Part shown: in pieces, positions 1 to 8,600 of the stretch
Layout: every line of letters starts with the position of its first letter
How positions within the stretch are numbered: position 1 is the stretch's first letter
From: an uncultured Clostridia bacterium
GTDB taxonomy: Bacteria > Bacillota > Clostridia > TANB77 > CAG-465
Reading direction: 5' to 3'
Length of the DNA stretch: 51,993 nucleotides
Assembly (NCBI GenBank): GCA_947625855.1
Contig: CANQPW010000006.1
Coordinates: 1 to 51,993, forward strand
Program-made: the position numbers and the translations under genes
Notes under the pieces: model-generated
Told to the model about the DNA's origin: nothing
The model's input: only the letters and a program-made list of their open reading frames with translations
Databases searched by the model: none

Positions 1-327
1 ATTTGGGTAACCATATACCATAATAGCTACACCTTGTGCTGACAATTGTTTATAATATGACATTGTTCCACTTGGTAATGTTCTACCATAGTCTACACAA
101 TATGCTGTATCTCCACCTAATGTAGAATTACTAAAGAATACATTTTTTTGGTAATATACATCTGTGGCTGGAGTTACAAGCCCTGGACAATAGAACTGTA
201 ATTGCGTTGCTGATGCTCTTAACATAAACGGACTTAATTGTAAAGACATTAAAGTAATAAGTAGGAATATACTTACTACTTTTAACTTTATATTTTTTAT
301 TTCCTTTATTCTACTTAAAATTTTCAT
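1..327 (-). CDS. Secreted/surface protein with thioester (TED) domain, 5' part only (runs off window)
   Basis: Not in ORF track. GGAGG RBS, ATG at 327, open to base 1: MKILSRIKEIKNIKLKVVSIFLLITLMSLQLSPFMLRASA (signal peptide)...DTAYCVDYGRTLP...IMVYGYPN. AYC and GYP motifs are typical of Cys-Gln thioester domains. Confidence 0.7.
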   Translation of the reverse strand, partial: MKILSRIKEIKNIKLKVVSIFLLITLMSLQLSPFMLRASATQLQFYCPGLVTPATDVYYQKNVFFSNSTLGGDTAYCVDYGRTLPSGTMSYYKQLSAQGVAIMVYGYPN

Positions 328-454
328 TTTAATACCTCCTAAATATTATATATGAAAATATTTTTACTAATTTGTTAACATATATTTTTATTTGATTTTT
401 ATGCTAAAATTAAGTTTATTTTTTTAAATATATGTTATTTAAAACCCTATTATT

Positions 455-483
455 ATTATACCATAGTAGACATAAAATGTCAA
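455..483 (-). promoter_or_regulatory. Sigma-A promoter for the TED gene
   Basis: TTGACA-17 bp-TATAAT with TG extension. Confidence 0.75.
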
Positions 484-515
484 CTTTTTACAAGGCTTTT
501 TCCTTATTTTTAGCC

Positions 516-550
516 AAAAAGAGATAAATTTATTAAAAATTTATCTCTTT
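516..550 (-). terminator. Intrinsic terminator of ABC operon
   Basis: AAAGAGATAAATTT / AAATTTATCTCTTT inverted repeat followed by T run on minus strand. Confidence 0.7.
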
Positions 551-571
551 ATGTTAACAATATACTTCTTT

Positions 572-1375
572 TTACATTTTCATCGATATAGAGTTCCCTG
601 ATTCATAACACTTCATGGCCTTATTAAATACTAGAATTGCTGCTGCTAAATATAGTATTCCAACAGCTATTATAATAAATGAAAATCTAAAATCTAAACT
701 ATAAAAAATCTTAATTGGTAGAAAAGATATATATCCTGCTGGTACAACAGTATATAATATTAATTTTATACCTTTACTAAAAATTGATTCTGGATAGTTT
801 GAAAATGTAGTAAGTAATGTATCTTTGTACTTATTTGCTATATTTTCAGTATCTTTTAACCAAACCGAAATAGCTCTAAGTATAATTTCTGTTGATACAT
901 AAAATACACTTCCAAATATCCCTGATATTATAATTATTAATAACTTAATAATATTATATTTTGAAGCAACAATCCCTATAACAAGTCCATAAATTAAATC
1001 ACCACATGCTGAAAAATAACATTTCGATGTAATCACATTTAAAATAGGGTTTTTAGGTTGTAACATAAAACTGTCCATCTGTCCTGTAATTATATATGTA
1101 TTAAGTTGTGTAACTCCACCAAAAAAGAAATATGTCACACCATATGATATTACAGGAATTGACCAAAGAAGTAATATATAATCAAATTCTAAATCTTGTA
1201 GTTTGCCATCATTTATATTAAATACTACACTCCAAAATACTAAAAAGAATCCATTGTTTATAAACATAAATACTGCTTGAATTAAAAAGCTTACTTTATA
1301 CTCCATAGCAGACATAATACTTACTTTTAATGCTTGAATAAAGAAATTAAAGTTTTGTTTAACCACCGTTAACAT
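572..1375 (-). CDS. ABC-2 family exporter permease
   Basis: About 6 TM segments, 'I.TG.MD.F.L.P' and 'YPESIF' motifs, operon with ABC ATPase. Confidence 0.85.
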   Translation of the reverse strand: MLTVVKQNFNFFIQALKVSIMSAMEYKVSFLIQAVFMFINNGFFLVFWSVVFNINDGKLQDLEFDYILLLWSIPVISYGVTYFFFGGVTQLNTYIITGQMDSFMLQPKNPILNVITSKCYFSACGDLIYGLVIGIVASKYNIIKLLIIIISGIFGSVFYVSTEIILRAISVWLKDTENIANKYKDTLLTTFSNYPESIFSKGIKLILYTVVPAGYISFLPIKIFYSLDFRFSFIIIAVGILYLAAAILVFNKAMKCYESGNSISMKM

Positions 1376-2132
1376 TTATGTTCTTTACTCCTTTCATACT
1401 TAATAGATTTAGTATAGTAAAAATAACAATTAAAGATAAAACTTGACACATAATTAAATTTATTGATCCTCTCACATCAAAATGGATTAAGATTTTACAT
1501 GGTGTATATATCGTATAAGTAGTTGGTAAAAATGATAATATATTTTTTACAGTTTGTGGGAAAAACTCAAGAGGTGTAAATACAAGTAATAATAACGCTT
1601 TTGATACTATTAAATAAAAAGAATCGTTTTCTTCAGTGATAAAAGCTAACATACCAATTATTGCTTGAAATAATATGAGTAAAATTATAGAAAAAATAAC
1701 AGAAATAAAAAACAGAATAAATTGTATAAAAGTAATTTTTAATGGTCCTGCCATTAACAAGCCTAATATAATTGCACTCACACAATTTACGAAAAAATTT
1801 ATAATGCAAGTTAATTCCTCTGATAAAATGTATTTTAAAATACTTACAGGTTTAGTTAACATATTTGCAATTTCTCCACTTTTTATCATATCTGATATTT
1901 TTTTATATCTCTTACCATTTACCATATATAATAAAGTTTCTCCAATTATAATGTACCAGATAAGTTCTGGCCTTGAATATCCTAAAATATTTTTGTTCTT
2001 TAAAATAAAGTCCCAAAGTTCATTAAAAATAAAAATATGAATTGTAAACGAAAATAATGTAAAGAGATAATTAGCCTTAAAATTAATTTGTGTTTTTAAA
2101 TTAAATTTAAAAATCTCGAAATATTTTCTCAT
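1359..2132 (-). CDS. ABC-2 family exporter permease
   Basis: TM-rich, 'IKSGEIANMLTKP' motif, overlaps both neighbours. Confidence 0.85.
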   Translation of the reverse strand: MRKYFEIFKFNLKTQINFKANYLFTLFSFTIHIFIFNELWDFILKNKNILGYSRPELIWYIIIGETLLYMVNGKRYKKISDMIKSGEIANMLTKPVSILKYILSEELTCIINFFVNCVSAIILGLLMAGPLKITFIQFILFFISVIFSIILLILFQAIIGMLAFITEENDSFYLIVSKALLLLVFTPLEFFPQTVKNILSFLPTTYTIYTPCKILIHFDVRGSINLIMCQVLSLIVIFTILNLLSMKGVKNINVNGG

Positions 2133-3088
2133 ACTATTTTCCTTTCTTCATAGATTTTTTTAATAATTTCCTCCATTGGTGTAGAAACAATTTGTATATC
2201 AGATATATTTCCAAAAGATGAAAAATATGTAAGTGCATCCCCTATATTTTCTTTACTGGTATCAATTTCAGAAACAATTTTATTTTCAAAAGCATTTACA
2301 ATACTATACTTGGGAGTTATTATATTTCCTACTTTTTTACTATAATATATTTGTATCTGCTTTTTATTCAAATAAGTTTCTTTTAAATGTTCAATACTAC
2401 TATCATTTACAATGACACCATTATTTATAACAATTATTCTATTGCATAATGCTTCAACATCACTTACATCATGACTGGTTAAAAATATCGTTGTATTCTT
2501 TTCTTGATTTAATTTTAATATAATCTCTCTTATTCTTACTTTTGCAACAATATCCAGTCCAATTGTGGGTTCATCTAAGAATATTATATCCGGAGAATGC
2601 AATATACTTCCTGCAATCTCACAAATCATTCTTTGTCCTAAAGAAAGTTTCCTTACTGTTTTGTCTAATAAATGTTCAATTTTAAATAATTCTGCTATTT
2701 CAGAAATTCTTAAGTCTATTTCTTGTTTTGGCATATCATATATGCTTCCAAGTAATCTTAAACTATCAATTACACTAAGATGCATATATAATTGCGATTT
2801 TTGTCCAAACATACAGCCAATGTTATATGCTAATTTTTTTCTATCTGTGCTTGGATTTAATCCATCAATTTCTATATTTCCAGAAGTTGGATGAATAATT
2901 CCAGTAAGCATTTTAATTGTTGTAGATTTTCCTGCACCGTTTGGGCCAATAAAAGCTACTATTTCTCCTTTTTCAATTTTAAAACTTACATTTTGCACTG
3001 CATGTAATACTTCATTTTCTTTTTTAAATAAACCTAATTTCTTACTTACTTTAAAATCTTTGCTTAAATTTTGAACATTAATCATCAT
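2129..3088 (-). CDS. ABC exporter ATP-binding protein
   Basis: Walker A GPNGAGKST, LSLGQ signature, Walker B IIFLDEPT, SHD switch. Confidence 0.95.
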   Translation of the reverse strand: MMINVQNLSKDFKVSKKLGLFKKENEVLHAVQNVSFKIEKGEIVAFIGPNGAGKSTTIKMLTGIIHPTSGNIEIDGLNPSTDRKKLAYNIGCMFGQKSQLYMHLSVIDSLRLLGSIYDMPKQEIDLRISEIAELFKIEHLLDKTVRKLSLGQRMICEIAGSILHSPDIIFLDEPTIGLDIVAKVRIREIILKLNQEKNTTIFLTSHDVSDVEALCNRIIVINNGVIVNDSSIEHLKETYLNKKQIQIYYSKKVGNIITPKYSIVNAFENKIVSEIDTSKENIGDALTYFSSFGNISDIQIVSTPMEEIIKKIYEERKIV

Positions 3089-3099
3089 TTCTTTTTGTC

Positions 3100-3176
3100 C
3101 TTTCCTTTCTTTTTTATTTTTTGTTTTTGTTTTTTTTGTTTTTGTTTTTTTTGTTTTTGTTTTTGCTTTTTATTTT
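3100..3176 (-). repeat. Low-complexity (A)nC repeat tract in 5' leader of ABC operon
   Basis: Plus strand TTTTTG/TTTTTTTTG units repeated, ending at the RBS. Confidence 0.7.
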
Positions 3177-3207
3177 AGAATATTCTTTTATTTATATAAT
3201 TATATAA

Positions 3208-3272
3208 ATAAAAAAAGATATTCTCATAAAAAGATTCTCGTTTAGAGACTCCTTTTATGAAAATATCTTCAT
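3208..3272 (-). promoter_or_regulatory. Leader terminator (putative attenuator) with 5-codon uORF MKIFS in its 5' arm
   Basis: About 25-bp imperfect stem (3215-3269) followed by U run, lying between promoter and first gene; ATG AAG ATA TTT TCA TAA at 3272-3255. Confidence 0.6.
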
Positions 3273-3341
3273 TACGTGTACCTATTAAAATAGGTTTGTG
3301 CAGCTCACATAAATGCTTATGCACACTCTCTATATAAATTT

Positions 3342-3370
3342 ATTATAGCATTAAGCTAAACTTATGTCAA
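3342..3370 (-). promoter_or_regulatory. Sigma-A promoter for ABC operon leader
   Basis: Perfect TTGACA-17-TATAAT. Confidence 0.8.
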
Positions 3371-3399
3371 CGTTTTTTGTAAATTTTTTTATTTTTTTG

Positions 3400-3428
3400 T
3401 TGATTTATTGTCTCTTTTGTACTATAAT
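3400..3428 (+). promoter_or_regulatory. Divergent sigma-A promoter for HD protein
   Basis: TTGATT-17-TATAAT. Confidence 0.6.
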
Positions 3429-3500
3429 GTTTTAAAATTAAATATGGTGCTAACTATAATTATCTCTTAGCTATTTACTTCAAAAATTAAAGGAGGCAAT

Positions 3501-5171
3501 ATGGCAGAAACAAAAATTCAAAATTCAAAAATCTCAACACTAGATTATTTTTACTATTATATTAAGGGATTTGCAATAGCTATTGAATACAAATATACTA
3601 TTATAGCTTTAGCACTCGCATATAAATATTATGAAAAATTAAAAACTTCTAGATTTACTTACGTTTTAATTGATGCTTATGATTTAATAATGTCATCTAA
3701 ACTTCTTCATACAAATGAATCACTTGATTATAACTGTGCATACACAATAATTCAAGATATAATAGAGGAGTATGAAAAAGCAGATAATTTAAGAGATTTT
3801 GCAAATAAGTATTCATTTTCTGGAGAAAATATTGAAGCAATTGAAACTATACGAAATAAAGATAATTATGACTTTGAAATAGAAAATAACACTTTAAAAG
3901 ATATTACAAAAAACAAAGTCATGCCTCATTTCTTTCCATATAGCGGTGTAGATGAGATTTATTCTTTTATAGAAGAATATGCAACTTTAAATAATTTTAA
4001 AAATACCCTTATAGCACTTAAAGTAGCAAAAAAATTACATGAAGGTCAGTTTAGAAAAGGCGGTCAACCATATATAATTCATCCATTATATATAACTTTA
4101 AAAATTATATATTCTGAAACTGATGATGACATTACCTGTGCTGCCTCTTTACTTCATGATGTTATCGAAGATATTGATGATATGCGCAAATGTAATGGTT
4201 CTGTTCTTGTTACAGAGTATGGACTTGACAAAGAAGTATTACGGATTGTCCGACTTCTTACTAAACCTAAAGATTACAAAATAACTGATCCTAATGAAAT
4301 AAATTATTATAAAGGGATAAAATCAGATATACGAGCATCTAATATAAAACTTAATGATAGAACTGATAATCTTAGTACAATAGAAGTGTTTAAGCTTGAA
4401 AAGATGATATCTTATGTGAAAGAGACAAAGGATTTAGTTTATCCTTTATTCTCACTTAAGAATTATTATCCTGAATATTCTCAAGCTTTTACCGCATTAA
4501 AATATGTAATTAGATCTAATTGTGAAATAATAGAAGCTATCCTTAAGCAAACACCAACAAGCCTTGACTTTACCGGATATCAAAGATCTCTTTTCTTTTT
4601 AAAGGGTTATACCAAAGGAAAAGATATGCCTAACACTTTAAAAGCAATTTCCATTGCCTGCAAATTGCATGAAGGTCAATTTAGAAGTGTTGGTGATCCT
4701 TTTATTATCCATCCTTTACGTGTTGCTTCTTATCTTATAAATTTAAAAATAAATGATGATGCAACTTGTGCTGCTGCACTTCTCCATGAAGTATTTAAAA
4801 AATGTAATGTAAATGATGGTGGTGATTTTATAACTCAAAAATATGAATTATCACCAGAAGTGTTTAAGCTTGTAAAATTAGTATCTAAACCTGATAATAT
4901 GACAAATGAAGAATATTATTATAATATAAGTCAAAATCCTAAAGCCCTTTTAATAAAACTTTCTAATAGGGCAAATACTTGTACTATATTAAATACCTAT
5001 GAGCAAAAAGATATAGATAATTATATCTCAGAATGTATTAATTTTATTTATCCACTTTGTGATTATGGCACAGAGCGATATAAAGAGTTTTCTCATCAAA
5101 TTAATATTATGCGCTCTCATATATATCAAATATCTAACATTGTCTCTTTCTTAACACATCTAAAAAAGTAA
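3501..5171 (+). CDS. Tandem HD-domain protein, RelA/SpoT hydrolase (small alarmone hydrolase)-like
   Basis: HEGQFRKGGQPYIIHP...LLHDVIED...KLNDRTDN, second copy HEGQFRSVGDPFIIHP...LLHEVFKK; AAGGAGG RBS. Confidence 0.8.
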   Translation: MAETKIQNSKISTLDYFYYYIKGFAIAIEYKYTIIALALAYKYYEKLKTSRFTYVLIDAYDLIMSSKLLHTNESLDYNCAYTIIQDIIEEYEKADNLRDFANKYSFSGENIEAIETIRNKDNYDFEIENNTLKDITKNKVMPHFFPYSGVDEIYSFIEEYATLNNFKNTLIALKVAKKLHEGQFRKGGQPYIIHPLYITLKIIYSETDDDITCAASLLHDVIEDIDDMRKCNGSVLVTEYGLDKEVLRIVRLLTKPKDYKITDPNEINYYKGIKSDIRASNIKLNDRTDNLSTIEVFKLEKMISYVKETKDLVYPLFSLKNYYPEYSQAFTALKYVIRSNCEIIEAILKQTPTSLDFTGYQRSLFFLKGYTKGKDMPNTLKAISIACKLHEGQFRSVGDPFIIHPLRVASYLINLKINDDATCAAALLHEVFKKCNVNDGGDFITQKYELSPEVFKLVKLVSKPDNMTNEEYYYNISQNPKALLIKLSNRANTCTILNTYEQKDIDNYISECINFIYPLCDYGTERYKEFSHQINIMRSHIYQISNIVSFLTHLKK

Positions 5172-5202
5172 ATAAAGGCGACTTTAAAAAGTCGCCTTTA
5201 TT
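5171..5202. terminator. Bidirectional intrinsic terminator
   Basis: AATAAAGGCGACTTT / AAAGTCGCCTTTATT between convergent genes. Confidence 0.85.
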
Positions 5203-5204
5203 AT

Positions 5205-5558
5205 TTATTCATCATCATCAAGTAATGTTTCAACATCATCAACATTTGGATGTTCTATTGTTTCTTTTCTCTTTTTTTCTGCAATTGCTTTATCTTTTCT
5301 TATTTGTCCTTCAATCTTAGAAACTAAATCATCCATGACAGTGTATAAATCTTCTGTGTCTTCTTCAGCCATATAAGTACGTGATTTATACTCAATTCTA
5401 ATATCAACATGATTTTTTCCCTTTACTGAGTCTGTAAATGTTACGTGACAGATTGTGTCTTCATCAAAGAATTTAGCAAGCTTTTCAACTTTCTTTTCTA
5501 CGTAGCTCCTTATTCCGTCTGTTACTTCAATACGAAGTCCTGTTAAATCTAATTTCAT
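5205..5558 (-). CDS. hpf: Ribosome hibernation promoting factor (RaiA/HPF), short form
   Basis: 'TG..IEVTDGIRSYVEKKVEKLAKFF' and 'DLY...D.LV.K.E.QIRK.K' S30AE motifs. Confidence 0.9.
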   Translation of the reverse strand: MKLDLTGLRIEVTDGIRSYVEKKVEKLAKFFDEDTICHVTFTDSVKGKNHVDIRIEYKSRTYMAEEDTEDLYTVMDDLVSKIEGQIRKDKAIAEKKRKETIEHPNVDDVETLLDDDE

Positions 5559-5654
5559 AGCATAATCACCTCACACTTATATTATACACTATTTTGAATA
5601 TTTTTCAAGCAAGAATAACCTTTTTGAATGAATTTTAGCAAAATCACACAATTG

Positions 5655-8600
5655 TTATAACAAATCAAACATATCCATCTGTTCTGACCTTGGCATTCCA
5701 TCTAAAACACCTGCAAGTTGCAAAGTTTCTACTGCAACTTTTCCAATTTTAGATTTCATTTGCATATCCTCTATTGATGTAAATCTTCCTGCCTCTCTTG
5801 CTTTAACTAATTTATCTGCATCAACTTCACCAAAACCTGTTAGTGCAGATAAAGGTGGTCTTATACCATCATCTTCTACTAAAAATTTAGTTGCATGAGA
5901 TTTGTATAAATCTACTGGTAAAAAGCTTATTCCTCTTTCATTCATTTCAAGTACTAATTCAAGTATTGGATACATATTTTTATCTTTTTGTTGTGCAGAA
6001 TTTCCAAGTGTATCTATTTCCTTCATTTTTGCAAGTACTCTTTCTTTTCCATAAAGCATTATATCGCCATCAAACTCATCTGCTCTAATAGACATATATG
6101 CAGAATAATATGCCTTTGGAATGTGTACTTTAAACCAAGCAATTCTAAATGCGTTAGTAACATATGCAGCAGCATGGGCTTTTGGAAACATATATTTTAT
6201 CTTAAAGCATGAATCTATATACCAATCTGGTACATCATGTTTTTTCATTTCCTCAACCATTTCTGGTGTTAATTTTTTGGAAGCTTTTCCTTTTCTTACA
6301 ATTTCCATTATTTTAAATGCAAGTCCTGGTTCCAAACCTTTATTTATCAAATATATCATTATATCGTCACGTGTACAAATTGCTTCACTTAATGTTACTA
6401 TTCCATCTTCTATTAAAGTTTGAGCATTGTTTAACCAAACATCAGTACCATGTGAAAGACCAGATATACGTATTAATTCTTCAAAAGTTGTAGGCTTAGT
6501 ATCAACTAGCATTCCTCTTACAAATTTTGTTCCAAATTCAGGTACACCATATGTTCCAACCTCTGATTTTATCTGCTCTGGTGTTACACTTAAAGGCTCT
6601 GTTGATGAGAATATTCCCATTGTATCTTTATCATCTAATGGTATTTTTGTAGGATCAACTCCTGTTATATCTTGAAGCATACGTATAACTGTTGGATCAT
6701 CATGACCTAGTATATCAAGTTTTAATAAATTTTTATCTATTGAGTGATAATCAAAATGTGTTGTTACTATGTCTGAATATGGATCATCTGCTGGATGTTG
6801 AACAGGGCAAAACTCATATATTGTTCTTCCTTTTGGTACAACTATAATTCCTCCTGGATGCTGTCCTGTTGTTCTTTTTATTCCAGTACATCCCTTTGAT
6901 AATCTATTTATTTCAGCAGTTGGTACACTCTTTCCTCTTTCTTCAAAATAATTTTTTACAAAACCATATGCTGTTTTTTCTGCTACTGTACCAATAGTAC
7001 CTGCTTTATATGTTGTTCCTGTTCCAAATATAACCTCTGTATATTTATGTGCTTTTGCCTGATATTCTCCAGAGAAATTAAGGTCTATATCAGGCTCTTT
7101 ATCTCCTTTAAAGCCAAGGAATGTTTCAAAAGGTATATCCATTCCATCTTTTTCTAAATCTGTTCCACAAACAGGACATTTTTTATCAGGCAAATCAAAT
7201 CCATTAGCATATCCATAATCTGTGAAATCAGAATATTTACAATTTGGACATCTATAATGTGCCTTTAGTGAATTTACCTCTGTAATACCAGTCATATATG
7301 CAGCAAGAGATGAACCAACAGAACCTCTTGAACCAACTATATATCCATGGTCATTTGAGTCCCAAACAAGTCTTTGTGCTATTATATACATAACTGAATA
7401 TCCATTAGAAATTATTGAATTTAATTCTTTTTCTAGTCTTTCTTCAACTATTGCTGGTAGTTTTTCACCATACAATTTATGTGCTTTTTCCATAGCTATA
7501 TTTCTTATATCCTCTTCACATCCATCAATGTGAGGTGGACATTTTTCATCAGATATAGGGCTAATTCTATCGCACCAATCTGCAACTAAATTTGTATTTG
7601 TAACTACTATTTCATAAGCTTTTTCTTTTGATAAATAATCAAATTCTTTTAGCATTTCATCTGTTGTTCTAAAATATAATGGTGCTTGCATATCTGCATC
7701 ATCAAATCCTTGACCAGCTTGAATAATTCTTCTATAAATTTCATCTTCTGGATTCATAAAATGAACATCACAAGTTCCAACAACAGGTTTTTTTAGTTTT
7801 TCTCCAAGATTTACAATATCAATATTTATATCTATTAAATCTTGATGTGTAAGTTTTATATATTTTGGTTCTTCATCCTTTTTTTCGCTTTTTATTTTTT
7901 TACCAGTTCTTTCATAAAAGGCATTATTTCCTAAAGGTTGTATTTCTAAATAGTCATAGAAATTTGCTATTTCTTCTATTTTACTTCCATCATTTCTTCC
8001 TAGTTTAAAGTCTAAAATCTCTTGATATAATTCACCTTGTTCACAAGCTGAACCAATTATCAAGCCCTCTCTATATCTTTTTAACATAGAACGAGATATT
8101 TTTGGGCTTTTATGATAATTCCATACATGAGAATATGACACTAATTTGTATAAATTTTTTAAACCAACATAATTTTTTGCAAGTATTATAATATGATTTG
8201 CAGGTAAATTTTTAGATTTATCTTGAATATTTGTAAAAATATAGTTGTTTATATCTATTCTTTCTTTATCACAATCCTCTTTCATTCGTATAAACATTTT
8301 GGCTGTTGCTCGTGTATCGTTAATTGCTCTATGAGCCCCCTCAAGTGGTATTCCTAAATATTCTACTAATGTTCCAAGTTTATGATTTTCAACCCCATTA
8401 TATAATTCAAGTGACATCTCATATGTATCAATAACATAAGGTTTAAATTCAAGTCCTAATTTTTTAGCTTTATTTTCTATAAAACTTACATCAAAATGAG
8501 CATTATGAGCTACAAGAACACATCCTTTTGTAAACTCTAAAAATTCTGGTATCATATCAGACATTTTTGGTGCATCTGCAACCATTTCATCTGTTATATG

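Noticed and set aside
3280..3330. Known metabolite riboswitch in the ABC leader
   Set aside because: No recognisable T-box, SAM, TPP, FMN, purine or c-di-GMP consensus; kept only as an unassigned attenuator.
4242..4244. CGG codon reassignment
   Set aside because: The few in-frame CGG codons checked are compatible with Arg; too few to claim recoding.
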